Source: Pseudovirgaria hyperparasitica (lineage: Eukaryota). Taken from it: a DNA stretch of 64,000 bases. Below, in pieces: positions 1 through 12,830 of this stretch. The notes beneath the pieces were generated by a model, which was not told the DNA's origin, ran no database searches, and was given only the letters and a program-made list of their open reading frames with translations. Location of the stretch: assembly GCA_010093815.1 (NCBI GenBank), contig ML996571.1; one strand, given 5' to 3'. The position numbers and the translations under genes were made by a program. Each line of letters begins with the position of its first letter. The stretch's first letter is position 1.

Positions 1-1044
1 GTCGCCGAACCATGCCGTCGCAAATTCCATCTTGCGTTCGCAGGCTTCGACGTCCAGAGGGTCAGCGGCGTCCCAGGGCTCGGCCCAGTCGCCTAAGTGG
101 TGCGTATCAGCAGCGTGACCGTATCAATATATCACATCTATCCATTTAGACAATCGACCTATGTGAAGATGTAATCTCACCATTCAGCGTGATTCCAATC
201 TGGCCACCATCGCGCGCCTTGAACTCCTCACGATACACCTTGACCGCACTCGCATGCGCAAGCAACATATGATGCCCAACGATCCACGGCTCTGTACTAC
301 TATCACCCTCCTCACTCACCGTGCGATCTGACGTGCGCCCTGGCGCAAACAGCCCGGTACTATACCCCAGCACACTGCTACACCATGGCTCATTAAATGT
401 TACCCAAAACTTACACTCCGGCAGGGCTTCAAACATGACCCGCGCAAATCGCGTGTAGTCGGCTATAAACTCGGCTCCGTTGCGCATCCCGCCGTATCGC
501 GCCTCCAGTGCTTCGGGTAAGTCCCAGTGGTACAGCGTAATCCATGGCGCGATGCCCGCGGCGATTAGGTCCACGACAAGCGTCTTGTAGTAGGCCAGAC
601 CGGCTGCATTGACAGGGTCGTCGCGCCCACCGAGAGGGATTACGCGCGGCCACGAGATACTGAAGCGGTAGACCTTTGCACCCAGTTCGCGGAGGAGGCG
701 GATGTCGTCGGCTGCACGGTGGTAGCTGTCGCAGGCGACGTCGCCGGTGTCACCACCGGCAGTTTTACCGGGCGTGTGACTGAATGTGTCCCAGATGCTG
801 TCGAGGCGGCCGTCGGTGTGTGGGGCGCCTTCGATTTGGTAGCTGTGGTTGTTATTATAGGGTTCGCAAGGGAGAGTACTTGGAAAGGGTCATATGGTAG
901 TGGTCAGGTTGTTGAGACTCTAGGTCTCGGTAGATATGATGGTGAATAGTGAATAGCTAGACAGATGGATGCGGGCGAGCGTGAGACTTACGCCGCAGTT
1001 GCAAAGCCCCAGACGAAGTCCTGAGGCAGTTTCGAGGTCGTCAT
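1..1044 (-). CDS. Glycoside hydrolase family 1 beta-glucosidase (5' part; continues past window start)
   Basis: Exons 1044-992, 842-181 and 92-<1 (GT-AG introns) give [23 protein letters not shown]...YRFSISWPR...TLYHWDLP...TFNEPW...GITLNGDWAEPWD. These include the GH1 N-terminal signature and the NEP acid/base motif. No signal peptide seen. Confidence 0.95.
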
Positions 1045-1230
1045 CGTGCGTTGTTGAAGCCAGATCGAAAGTAAAGACGAAGTCACAGAAGAAGCCATAG
1101 GGACATTGCGGGCACTCGGTTCTTGAACCACTCGATTCATCTGTTCGCACCCTGCCTGGCACACACTCTCGTTCTACACGGCCCATTCTGCCGGTTCTCC
1201 GGATCGCTTCTAGCCTTGCACGCCTCGCTT

Positions 1231-1254
1231 CTGGGGTAATCAAGGATACCCCAG
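1231..1254. promoter_or_regulatory. Inverted pair of SYGGRG (CreA/Cre1-type) sites
   Basis: CTGGGGTA-N8-TACCCCAG is a perfect 8-bp inverted repeat ~190 bp upstream of the GH1 ATG. Further SYGGRG matches at 1506 and 1525. Confidence 0.35.
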
Positions 1255-1783
1255 TCCTATCCCGTGGTCTACGTGTCTCAACGAGCCAGTAATGGCTTCA
1301 GAACGCCCAAGGCAGCTGCCAATGGTTCGCCATCATCGCTTGAAGGTCTTAGTTCGCTGCTACTCGGTTGCAACTTTCGGGTGAGTCATGTCGCATACTG
1401 TATGTACAGTATGGACGGTCAGGGGTTTGCGAACAGTCGCCGGATAAACTGCCCGTCGTTCCGGGAGAGTGTACAAGAATAGCCGGATAGCCATGTGTTG
1501 ATAGCGTGGGGTCGGTCGGCCTTGGCGGGGCTCCTATGGCGCATATCTCAGCATATCGTCGCAGAAGCAGTACTGCAAAAGCCGCGGTTTGGGCGGTAAT
1601 CTAACTCCATGTAGTAGTGCATCCGACGCCAGACGACACGTCTCGATGCTCCGTTGTGCATGCGCGTCTCTTGCAACGTTGATTTGCAGGTTATAAGATT
1701 CGGCATGGAACCACTATCAGGCACAGAATATTGAAATTGATACCGGTCTCAGCACAGAAAGATCGAACTTGGATACATCAACC

Positions 1784-3430
1784 ATGAATCGTCTTCTCCG
1801 CCCATGTCTTGTCTCACTCCGTTTAGTATATTGTCCTTCAAGAACGTTTCACAGCACTACTGCAACACAAGCTGCAACACATAAACGCGCCGGCGACATC
1901 TCAGACGCATTTTCAAGTCTCTCAGGACAGGAGTTTGCGCCACTTGAGCCGGAGTATGCGAGCATCAAAGCCCAGCTCATCGCGGGGAATGAGGATAAGG
2001 TAGTGGCGAGCTGGAGGAGGCTGTTAGCGGAGTTGAATACGGATGTGGAGAGAGTTAAAAGATTGGGGAGTAGTATCGTGCCGGAGATCGACTTCAAGGA
2101 TGTGGAAAGCGGTACTGTGTCCGGGGAGTTGTTGAGGAGGTATAAGGAGACGGGCATCGCTGTTATCAGGGGTGTGGTCGATGAGCAGGAGGCCAAGGAG
2201 TGGAAAGATGGCTTGAGCACGTATATTAAAGAAAACCCACAAACAAAAGGTTCGTTGCACAGGTTCCGATTTCTTCTCACTCACTCGTCTCTACACTCTC
2301 ACCTACTCACTCACTCCCCGTAGCATTCCCCGCCCACAATCCGCAAGTATTCGAACTCTACTGGTCCCGCGCCCAACTCCTCGCCCGAGCGCATCCAAAT
2401 CTCCTACACACATCCCGCTTCCTTATGTCCCTATGGCACACCACTTCCTCCACCAGCACTCCGCTCTCCACTAAGCACCCCTTGACCTACGCCGATCGTC
2501 TCCGCATCCGCCTCCCAGGCGACACCAGCTTCGCCCTGGGTCCTCATATCGATGGCGGCTCTGTCGAGCGCTGGCACCCCTCCGGTTACGGTGGTCGTAC
2601 TGGCGTCTATAGCCCCGTCTGGCGTGGCAACTGGGAGAGCTTCGACCCCTGGGACGCAGAAGTACGTCTACGTGTCGTCTCGGATCTGCACGCCGGCGTC
2701 GGTGCATGCAGCGCGTTCCGCATGAGCCAGGGCTGGCTCGCGCTCAGCACGGCGCGCGCAGGACAAGGCAGTCTACGTGTGAATCCACTACTGGTCAAGA
2801 CGACGGCGTATTTCCTACTGCGGCCGTTCTTCCGCCCGCTTGTTGGGCATGATGATCCTACGTATCTTCACGCGGATAATTGGGCGCTCGAGCATGTGCC
2901 GAGCGCGTGGCTGCACGGTGCCGCACCGGGACGCGGCATGGAGCTCTCGCCGGCGCTGCATCCGCATCTTCAGCTTGCGAGCACGATGGTGGCGATGCCG
3001 GATGTCCAGCCGGGGGACTATGTGGCGTGGCACTGCGATACTGTTCATGCGGTTGACGCGCAGCATACGGGGACGAGCGATGCGAGTGTATTGTATATCC
3101 CAGCGTGTCCGTTGACCGAGGCAAATGCGCGCTACTTGGTGCGGCAGAGGGCTGCGTTTGTTAGCGGTGAGCCGAGTCCAGATTTTGGTGGCGGTGGTGG
3201 AGAGGGGGCGCATGTTGGGCGTGTGCAGGTGGCAGAGCTTGAGGGCTTGATAGAGGCGGATGGAGTAAGTTACGCTTTGAGAGACTTGGAATATGTCTAG
3301 ACAACTAACATTGTGCTGGTAGAGAAGAGCGGTGGGGCTAGAGATGTGGGATGGGGAGGAGGAGGGGTTGACGCCGGGCGAGAGAGAAGTATGTTGGAGG
3401 GCCAATAAGATTTTGGGCTACTATGATTGA
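1784..3430 (+). CDS. DUF1479 (Gig2-like) putative Fe(II)/2OG-type oxidoreductase
   Basis: Exons 1784-2249, 2324-3264 and 3323-3430. Motifs GDISDAFSSLSG, VFELYWS, YADRLRIR, LGPHIDGGSVERW and GDYVAWHCDTVHAVD. The Arg/Ser/Thr-rich N-terminus resembles a mitochondrial presequence. Confidence 0.85.
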
Positions 3431-6086
3431 GGTTGAGAAAGATTGTCGGTATCCTGTTCAGTTTAAGCAAGCAGAGGATGCATCCAGCTTGGCTATCACT
3501 CGTATACTAGGCATTACTCCTCGCAGAGACTTCTCCAAAGGTTGTGCATAATGTAACCATGTCTTTATGTATCATGAAACTCTTATCCAAATTCAAACCC
3601 ACAAATACATGAACATAGACGCTAAAATGAAAGCTATGGAGGGATGGACTGAGAAGTGTGAGGAACAATCTATTCGGAAGGTAGAGATTAAAACGGCGAA
3701 GCTTGCGTAGAGGATATGAAACGAAAACGTGAAGATTTCGTGTATGTGTGATACATAGATCCTATATTTTGACATCTCGTAATCTCGTATGTCTTCACAA
3801 CTGTAGAACATAGGAAACAGAACATACCTCCTGAAAGTAAATTTGGGGTTGGCGGTCTGATTGGACTCCGAAAATCGATTTTTCAACCAATGTTCAGGGA
3901 TCTCATTATTGATATCATGATCCTAAGGCGATCCTTCTTGTTGGCTCATATTGAAGATGAAGCACTTTTACACTTAATCGATGAGGCTAGTATTAGAAAG
4001 TGTCTACATTAAGTTATAGTACCGATGGGTCTTACATGTATCTTTGAGTCTTCGTAAACGATTATAGCAGCTGCAGTCAAGCTCTGATTATATAGATTTT
4101 ACTAGGATGTTCCAATCCCGCTCTTGGAGACTATCTTGGATCACATCTGTGCTTCATTGCCTTGATTCACATAGTGAAGAACCAAGACAAGGATCACTTA
4201 TGTGAACTCAAGACGTCACGAGTACTCCTTGCTCAGTACGATTATCATGTGATCCTATCGACTATAACCGCAAGTACAGATTCCGACAACAATTGGATTT
4301 CGAGGACTATTTTATGAAGATTGAGGACACCAACGTCGCTTAAATCGAGAATCCTAACACAGTCATGCGTTAACTCGAATCAAACTTATCGTTCGTATCG
4401 TGTTGCTGTAACTCGGAAGATCAATATATGACTTTCCGAGTTCAAGGTCGATATTACTCCACTGCGTACTCGTCCTTCCTGATTTTCCATTGTGCAGATT
4501 CACTATCAAACGATGGCCTCAGCCGTTATAGCATTATCACCATATATTGCCCTTTATGAATGCTAAAGTGGTACCTCTGAGGATTGCCGATTCTTTGCCG
4601 CTGGAAAGGATTCGACTTACCGATTCGCCTGATCGTAATGCTGACATGGTGCCTACTCCTGAGGACTCCCTCAATTGTCTTTAGCGATGTATGTGGAGCC
4701 GAACTAGTTGAATATCTACAGGAACTTAGGTAGAGCAGTCTTGCAAGATCAGTCGAAAGGCATGAGCGGAATTCCTAGTAGATTACGTCGTATCTGGTTA
4801 CTCAAAATGCTCATAGATCCACGAGGTTATTGATCCTCGTTACACAAGATGCTAATAATCACTAGCATTGCGTGTGCAACACCTCAGCAAGAAATATAGA
4901 CACTCCGTTCCTGAGTAGCCTATAGTTTTGATGAAAGACTCCGCTATTGGTTCCGGTTTCGGGTTCTGGCCGTTGACCGTCATTTGGACAAGGAACGTCG
5001 TTAAAGCTTACAATATCTCGGCTTCCACGGAGATCTGCGGAGAACCTGGTTGGTCGCAATATGCGAAGCTGCCTTGAATTAATTTTGCAGTACTGTTCAA
5101 CACGAGTACCTTTATTGTTATCGTATAGCTTCAGTACCGTTATATAATGCTTCAGCAGGCTTACTGTATTCTTGGGATTCATATGACCCGTGAACGAAGA
5201 GCGGACGCTCATCGACACAAAAGTAAGGAATTAGTACAGACTCACCAGCCGCTCGTTTGTGCGCCATATGACAGATGCAATTGGTGAGAAGCCAGGGTAG
5301 CGACGACGTCTATGTCTCTTCTTCGTCATACCAAGTGTAACGTCAAGTTGCAGGACCCTGAATGCACGGCGAATCGGACGTGTGACTATTCCATCCTAGC
5401 TCTTCGGTGATGCTGTTTACGGTATCTGAGACCCTACCATAGTTCGTCTGCTAGAAGATGAGAATAAGGAACCGCTCAGCAGTAGGGACAGACCCTAAGC
5501 TTCTTCGGCGACACAGAATAAGCAGGGACCAAGTCCAAGCCCTGTAAGAGACGCAAGCGTTGTGATGGCTCCGCGGTGTTCGTCGCCGTAATGTGGCGGA
5601 GCGATTTTGTCGCAGATGACGAGCCAAACACCGCGTCAAGCTGAGTTGAAGTAACGACGGGGTGGACGGGCGCGATAGAGAGTGGTGTGAGCAGTCCGAA
5701 GCCTTCCGCAAGCACCGGCTTATCTACATTCCGCACTGGTGTTGAGTTGGCATCTAGGCTATCTTTAGGCTAGCACGTGTGCACCCTGATTCGTCAAAGC
5801 TACTCAATGATCTCAAGCTCAGCCTAAAACAACTAACACGGTGTGCCCCAATGATCTCGTGGAATCTTATCGCCAACAATTATCGCAGCCCCTCAATGCG
5901 GTTGAGGTCTTCTCTCTTCCAACTCTACGCTGTGTCAGGGACGTAAAGAGTCAATCTCATCAGCAATGGCGACAGCGACGAAGACCAAGCGAGGTCCAAC
6001 GGTCTTGGTACGTCTTAAGGAGCTGCGCCTTGCTTTTGGTGCAAAACCACGGCAATTTTTGTACACAGTATCGAATAAGACTGACA

Positions 6087-7739
6087 ATGGCCCACGCGCA
6101 GGTCACAGACTCTAGAGAAGCCTCATCCGGGCGTGTACAACCTCGACCATCCCCTCCTCGCTTCACAGTAGACGGCATTCTTGGGTACGCCTCCGAAATT
6201 CCCTCAGCTCAGAGACGAGGCCCTCCTCCTCGACCTCTCCACACACGAACGCCCAGTGGCAGACATCCGTTAGACCCTAAACTCGCAGGACGTCTCGTTC
6301 CGCAACATATGCCAACTAGAACATCCAAGGTCTCCGAAAAACTTGTTCTTCTTCCAGATACAGTTGAAGAAGATGACGAAAAGCTTGGACTATCAGGTGA
6401 AGAGGACGGTCCACCCACAGACGAAGACCTGGAACAGATGAGAGCCCCAATGGGTGGTTTGAAAGATAGAAGCTACGCGGAGAGGATGCCTAAAGCTAAG
6501 CGAACGGAAAAGCTGGCTCGTGTAACAGCATATTGCACAGCCCAGGCCTATAAGATGAGATCGACGGCAGAGTTTATTAAGAAGCAGCACAGCGCTCGAA
6601 CGAAGCTTTACGACGATTGTCTATACTGTGTATATCACCTGCCGCTTCTCCCAGGTCATGATGGCTACAGAGTTCGGAGCAGTCCTGTCTTGAAGAACCC
6701 GGGCGGTAGATCAATACTGGACGAGGAGATTGAGCGAAATGAGCGACGGGAGTATCACGAAGGATATTTTGGCGAGACAGAACAATACGGTGTGGGTGCC
6801 AGTGAAGAACATCATCGGCGTGGCCAAAGACAGGACGAGGATGGCCGAGGTCGACATTCTGAAGATCATCCGATGGACAACTCCCCTCGCCGATCCTCAT
6901 CACCACCAAGGATCGCACCAGATGCGACCACCTTTGGAGAGATGTTTGTGTTTAGCTATGGTGTGGTGGTATTTTGGAACTTTACGGAAAGGCAAGAGAA
7001 AGATATTCTAGCGGACCTCACCTTCTCATCATCAGAGACAGGTGTATCCCTGGTTACTCGGCCGCAGGAAGAGGAAGACTTTGAGACAGAGGAGTTCCAT
7101 TTCGAGTACAATCCATACATTGCCAGGCCGCGCATGTTCAATGATATGATTACACTGAGGAGCGGAGATCATATGATTAAGCTGGCTATGAGTCACGCGA
7201 TAGCGCAAAGCACCAAACTGAGTTTCTTCGAAGAGCGCATGGCTCACACCATGTTAGAGGCTCAATACGTCCCACGACGTCTTGCGTTGACTGGCAATTT
7301 GGGCATGAAACGAGAGGACGTCGTAAAGATTCTAGGGCGACTATTCACCAGTCGCGTCGATGTCAACCTCTCGTCGAACATGCTCGACGTACCAAACTTC
7401 TTTTGGGACGCCGAGCCGACTTTGCATCCGCTCTACGCCGCTGTCCGCGAATATCTCGAGATCAAGCCTCGTATTCAGGTCTTAAACGAGCGTTGTCGCG
7501 TATTTCTCGACCTCGCAGAGATTCTTTCCGACTCCATTGCAGACAAGAAGATGACCAGAATCACCTGGATCATCATTGTTCTCATTGTCCTCAGTATACT
7601 GGTCACATGTACTGAAGTTTTCCTGCGGTTTGGTATCCTAGCTGGGAAGAAGCACGGTGCAGACACCGGCAATCTCGTTATCAATGCCTTCCAAGAGAAT
7701 GCAACTGGTGGTATTGGTGCTCTGGTTGGAGAATTATAG
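6087..7739 (+). CDS. RMD8: DUF155 RMD1/RMD8-family sporulation protein (RMD8/Sif3-like)
   Basis: Intronless ORF with RVTAYCTA, FVFSYGVVVFWNF, SHAIAQSTKLSFFE, LDVPNFFW and YLEIKPRIQVLNERC, plus a C-terminal TM segment. RMD8 rather than RMD1 is assigned from memory of the family. Confidence 0.8.
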   Translation: MAHAQVTDSREASSGRVQPRPSPPRFTVDGILGYASEIPSAQRRGPPPRPLHTRTPSGRHPLDPKLAGRLVPQHMPTRTSKVSEKLVLLPDTVEEDDEKLGLSGEEDGPPTDEDLEQMRAPMGGLKDRSYAERMPKAKRTEKLARVTAYCTAQAYKMRSTAEFIKKQHSARTKLYDDCLYCVYHLPLLPGHDGYRVRSSPVLKNPGGRSILDEEIERNERREYHEGYFGETEQYGVGASEEHHRRGQRQDEDGRGRHSEDHPMDNSPRRSSSPPRIAPDATTFGEMFVFSYGVVVFWNFTERQEKDILADLTFSSSETGVSLVTRPQEEEDFETEEFHFEYNPYIARPRMFNDMITLRSGDHMIKLAMSHAIAQSTKLSFFEERMAHTMLEAQYVPRRLALTGNLGMKREDVVKILGRLFTSRVDVNLSSNMLDVPNFFWDAEPTLHPLYAAVREYLEIKPRIQVLNERCRVFLDLAEILSDSIADKKMTRITWIIIVLIVLSILVTCTEVFLRFGILAGKKHGADTGNLVINAFQENATGGIGALVGEL

Positions 7740-7900
7740 TCGTATGATTTTCATTGTTCCTCTACTTTTCAGATAACCACATAGCGCGGCGTTGGGGCAC
7801 AGCGATTCCAGCTTTCAACCTCCTCTATTAGGAGGATTCTAATCAATATCATATTTTCGTCAATCAACGTTCTTCTACCTGCCCTAAGAGTTTTCAACCT

Positions 7901-8345
7901 TCATTCCTCCTTGTCAGCAGCAAATTTTTTCAACTCCTCCAACTCCACCTTGCCCAGGGCCTTCTCGTTCGTCGCGTTCAGCCACACCTTGGGTACCACT
8001 GGATCGGTGTCATTCTTCCGCGCCAGAAACGCCTCTTTCCAGCGACTCGCACACAGACACCATTTACAACCTGGCGTCAACCCTGCACTACGCAGGTCAT
8101 TTCCACGAGACGCTGTGAAGTCGAGGAACTCCTTGGACACGCTTGCTGCGACGGCGTGGTTACCGAAGTCACCGGCGGGTACGTGGCAGTAGCCGTCGCG
8201 CAGGAAGCCGGTCATAGGGCTGGTGGAGTGAAGAGCAAGGGGCTTCTTGAAGACTGGGTCGAATTGTTAGTGGAATTTTATTTTTGCATACTGTTGTCTG
8301 CTGTGGGTGGACGGACTTGCCATTGAGGCTTGCTGGGCTGACCAT
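7901..8345 (-). CDS. DUF2237 family protein
   Basis: Exon 8345-8321, GC-AG intron 8320-8254 and exon 8253-7901 give MVSPASLNVFKKPLALHSTSPMTGFLRDGYC...GNHAV...WCLCASRW...ATNEKAL. Confidence 0.85.
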
Positions 8346-8574
8346 TGTGTGTTGATGGTAGTGGCTGTGCAGTGCTTGGGTTGAGATTGCGAGGATTGAT
8401 ACTATGCTGAATAGCGTGAGATTCCAGTTCATTGAGGTCAAAGTGTTCCAGGTGGTGTACGGGACCGTGGTGGTGGATCATACCTAGGTAGCCCGAGATG
8501 CACGAATCCATGACGTACATAAATCGCCTGCTAGGGCATCCATTCTGATACAGTAGTAGCGACTCCTCACAATA

Positions 8575-8830
8575 AATTTACGCGACGCCACGCGTATGAG
8601 ATAAGGATCTATAGATTCAAGATAGGACTACAGATAAGACTATCATACAATAGGTAGCTTTCGACATACTAGTAGGATACTAGGGTCAAGTATATTACTT
8701 TTATTTTACTAGAATAACGTTTTTCTACCTATCTATACCCACAGGACGTACCCGATTGCCCGGACCCCGACAGGCTAGTTCTATATAGGCTATCTATCAA
8801 AACATCCTCCTATGTAAGATAAATGCTAAT
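8575..8830. repeat. Small RIP-like TpA-rich relic
   Basis: Local excess of TAG/TAA/CTA and depletion of CA/TG in intergenic DNA. Family not identifiable; limits approximate. Confidence 0.4.
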
Positions 8831-9075
8831 GAAGGCAAGTTTATCGCCGTGAAGGTAGTACACGTGCGCATGGGTGGTGAGTCTGCACACAATTGCTCCG
8901 CTTGACGACGGGTGATGCAGTGGACTCTGTTGGTGGGAGATGTGCATGGACGAACGAGTGGAACATTATCCTACGTGCGACAACAGTACAACTGATGATG
9001 GCGAATGTGTAAGCGTGGTAAGAGAAGTTTGTCAGATGCTAACCACTGGAGCTATGACTGAAGACTAATCCACGC

Positions 9076-9864
9076 CTACTTGTCAACCTTATTACCATCC
9101 ATGCTATCCAGTTCGTACATAATATCCGTCCTCAAGGTGTATTTCGTCCCCTGCACGACGTCATCTCCTGAGTGGAGGAGGGACCGGTGCTGGAAGACCA
9201 ACACTCGCCCAACCTTTGGCACGACTTCGTAACGCTCTCTCATTGTGTAGTCGTGGAATACCGTAGCCCCCCCTTGCAGCGGCCTTTCCCCAGGGGCCGC
9301 ATTCATAGCATCGTTCAGGTACAGATGCAACGTATAGTACGACCGCTCCTTGCGATCAGGTGTCTCATACGTTCCATCACAATGGGGTCTGAAAAACTCC
9401 CCGCCGACATATTTCAAGAACCGCATACGCTCATTCAATCTCGTCGCACGCCACACTTCCTTGCGCTTAGCAGGCCCATTTCCTGTAACTTCTGCCCTAC
9501 CTTCAAGGCGTGTCCAAGGCTCGATATGCGGCTTCACGCGCTGCCATAACCTGTTAACAATCTCTTTGTCATCCCAGATTATGCGACCGCAGTTGCGAGT
9601 GTCCGTGTACAGGGCCTGTTTTCCATTTCCTATGTTGACCATTGCACGCTCCCAATGTCCGACTGTCTCAGCGACTGCGATCAGTGCTGCACATTCGGCT
9701 GCAGTGAGGACGTTATCGAGAATTTTGGCGTCAAGACCGCCGTATTTTGCACCACTGAGGTTGGTGTCATCGAAATCAATGTCCTTGATTGTGATATCTG
9801 GTGGTGGAGATGTGAGGAGGTGCTTGGTGCTCCAGACGGGAGCTGCTGAAGTAGTAGTCAGCAT
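9076..9864 (-). CDS. Prolyl-4-hydroxylase-like 2OG-Fe(II) oxygenase
   Basis: LNERMRFLKY, HxD motif (FRPHCDG), YTLHLYLN, GGATVF, distal His (LLHSG) and KYTLRTD. Confidence 0.85.
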   Translation of the reverse strand: MLTTTSAAPVWSTKHLLTSPPPDITIKDIDFDDTNLSGAKYGGLDAKILDNVLTAAECAALIAVAETVGHWERAMVNIGNGKQALYTDTRNCGRIIWDDKEIVNRLWQRVKPHIEPWTRLEGRAEVTGNGPAKRKEVWRATRLNERMRFLKYVGGEFFRPHCDGTYETPDRKERSYYTLHLYLNDAMNAAPGERPLQGGATVFHDYTMRERYEVVPKVGRVLVFQHRSLLHSGDDVVQGTKYTLRTDIMYELDSMDGNKVDK

Positions 9865-10789
9865 CTCGAGATGCTATATAGAAGCGCGATATTCGTCCAA
9901 CAATGCCTTTGAAACGAATGAAGCTGAGAGTGCATCTGCTGCCATTACTGCGGAGCTCAAAGGGTTAATAGCATATGGCTGCCTGGTCTGGTATGACTGG
10001 GCAGTCGCTCGAGCCTAATGGGGCTGAAGCCACGGAACATGGCTGAGTATGGGCAGTCCAATATTCCAATGCATCTCGCGGCGCTTGAAATTCCGACTAT
10101 GGTGACATGTATTGCTAACCATGGGTTTAACCTGTCGGAATTGTATGGTGGCATCACCATCAACTATTCGTGATGATGGGTTGTGTCGTTGGCTGCTTTA
10201 ACGGCATGGCATGGCGTGGTACCTAGGTATATGGTACCAAGGGAGCCAATTTCCGTGTGTAGCCAATCATCACGAAGCTCAAGCACCGCACAGGTCCACT
10301 TTAGTTTCCTTCCCCTGCTCCAGGTTTCAAATCGCGACTGTGACTTTTGTCCTTTACTTTGTCTCAGCTTCTTACCTGCGAGCGACATCGCCAGTAGACG
10401 TTGATATCTCATTGATCGCGAGAATCGCCCCTGTCGTTCGCTCACTACCATCGCTCAACCTCATACCGCTCTATCGTACCGGATCTTCGACTTTCCGCAG
10501 CGCCTCGGCTCGCCCTCGCGCTAACACCACGTTCGTTCACATCGTCACTTCTGCGACTCTCGCTCTATTCACCATCATCAGTGTCTTCATTCCTCTCGGA
10601 GAACTACGAATTGAGTCTGAAGTAACTGGAACGATTGGTTGAGCGTAAATCTGCGTGAGCTGAAGTACGCGACATCATTGCCGGAGAGCAGAGTTCGGAA
10701 AGCCGAAGGTCATTTCTACTAGGAAGGGTGCGAAGGCAGGCTCGACTCAGAACTTTGGATTTTAGTTGCGCGCGACTTCGGTGTTGAAG

Positions 10790-12005
10790 ATGTCGACTCC
10801 AACTCCAGAGCCAGACATGTCGCGGAACCGACTGCCAACGCTGTTTGAGGTGCTCAGTCGACGAACAGCCGCGCCCGTGGACCTCTTCTCATTCTATATT
10901 TTTATGCGCGATCAACAGCGATCTGTCGATTACCTGGACTTTTGGTAAGCTCAATAATATACCTAGACACTGGAATGGTGGATGACTGACGTTGCGATCT
11001 AGGTTGGACGTCTCGCAACATCTGTCTCTCTGTCGCCATTATGTCCGAACTCTCCACAGGTCCATCATCGATCAAACCCCAGATAAAATTGGATCGAGAC
11101 GATCGTCACAAGTTCTCGAGGATGTAGGTCTCGCTGGTCCATCAGGAGACAAGGGTGAGAAGGACTACAAGCGGACGCCCGAGCAACGCCTCTCCGCCTT
11201 TCTACGCGAGAACAATGAAGGCTCAAGTGTGAGGAAACACTCCCCGGCGACCAGTCAAGATACGACTGGAACTAGCCGTTCTGAGCGCCGACGACATAGC
11301 TTCATGACTTCTGCCGATGGCTCGCCGTTCCACGACTCTTCGCCCGAGCAAGGTGGCAGCCAAATCTCTCGTAGCGACATTCGCGCTTCAGCTGAAAAAA
11401 TTCTCTACACGTACTTGCTCCCTGGATCGGAACGGGAGATCATTCTGCCACAGTCTATTCTCAACGATGTCACAGACGCCATTGAAGGACCAGATCAGCG
11501 CAGTGACCCAGAGCTGTTTGATTCCGCGAGGGATTATGTTTTCCAAGCTATGGAGCGTGACGCTTTTCCAGGATTTCTACGTGCCAAAGCCTTGGGCAAT
11601 ATTGTTCCGTCGAGCATGTTCTTCCGTGTCATTTTTGGACTGGTGTGCATGTTTGCTGGTTTCTGGACTGCATTCATCCTTATATTCTTAAACTATCACC
11701 ACGCTACCCGTGCGTGGATAATAATTCCCTTTTCGTTGGGCGTTTGTGAGTTCACACCAGTATGGATCCTTCAAACGATATCTAATTCATCTCCAGACAT
11801 GCTCTTTACTCATCAGTACACTCTCGATCCAATACTCGTCTTCGCTGGATACAGCGAGTACACACTCATGTCTTTCTCGAAGATCAAGGAACCCTTCGTG
11901 AAGAAACTTTTGCTGAAGCGGTCATACATGGTCTTCGCTGAAGTCGTCCTCGTCACCGCAGCTATATGCTGTCTTTTCATTTTTGTACCAGGAAAGAGGC
12001 TTTAG
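10790..12005 (+). CDS. RAX1: RGS-domain membrane protein, Rax1-like
   Basis: Exons 10790-10944, 11003-11745 and 11797-12005. Motifs RNRLPTLFEVLSRRT, DLFSFYIFMRDQQRSVDYLDFWLDV and YVFQAMERDAFPGFL, three C-terminal TM segments, ending FVPGKRL. Confidence 0.88.
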
Positions 12006-12589
12006 GTAGCAACCAGATCTGAACGATCACTTTCTTAAGTTTGGTAGGCGTTCGGGATATTTGCAGCGGATGAATTGTAAGGCGTATTGGGGACAATACC
12101 AGGTGGTGCGACAATCACAACGCTTTGTTTTGACATTAAAAAGACATGCTATTAATCGACTTCTTTACCCGCATGAAGACCCTAACTCAGGTCTTCTAGG
12201 TGTCTCTTTCAATTCGCGATGCTAGGAGAACACACATTCCGGCAGAGCATAAGCTCCCATGAAGTCAGGCCGCAGCGCAAGTTTCTTAATTGTAGCTTAG
12301 GCGATGTGAGATAATCAATCAATTCAAGTCTTATCTTTCCAACTCCATATCCATATCTTTCGTGTAGCCACATGGTCCCGGCTCGCAGTCCCAGACTGTT
12401 TCCTGTGGCTAAGCACCGTTGGGTCGGTCAAAGATGCCCCTGTTACCATTACCTGGATGAACCACCGGCTTGTGCGTCTTGTACCACATCATCCACGACG
12501 TACACCGTTCACCCGCTTGTCGCAATCTCCTGGCCGGCATACTCATTCATATCCATACGTAGCGCCCTTCGGCTCTGATCAACTTGCTT

Positions 12590-12830
12590 GTTTAGATAAC
12601 TCGATTAGAAGGAGTTTATAAGTAGTTGAGACAGACTTACTTATAGCTTACTTGAAGAGTTCTATATCTATATATCCCTGCCTACTCCCTACATACTAGC
12701 CATCTACCCTCTACGTAAAACAATACATATATATGTGTTATTACATATAAAATATTAGGATAGTTGCTTGTTAGATATAATTACTAACGCCATAAGATAA
12801 TTAGTAGTTCCATCTACAGTCGATACTGTG
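12590..12830. repeat. Small RIP-like TpA-rich relic
   Basis: Abrupt AT- and TpA-rich patch between RAX1 and the kinase; limits approximate. Confidence 0.45.

Noticed and set aside
1849..3405. Long antisense ORFs over the DUF1479 gene (also 9350-10018 and 16738-17427)
   Set aside because: Antisense shadows of genuine coding genes, with no motifs of their own.
3590..5750. Short ORFs and a weak F-box-like peptide (DVPIPLLETILDHIC, ~4107-4150, + strand)
   Set aside because: Frequent stops and no coherent exon chain; possibly a decayed gene but not supportable.
5841..6086. 82-aa N-terminal extension of the RMD8-like ORF from a GTG start
   Set aside because: Non-ATG start in a eukaryote; ATG 6087 is the plausible start.
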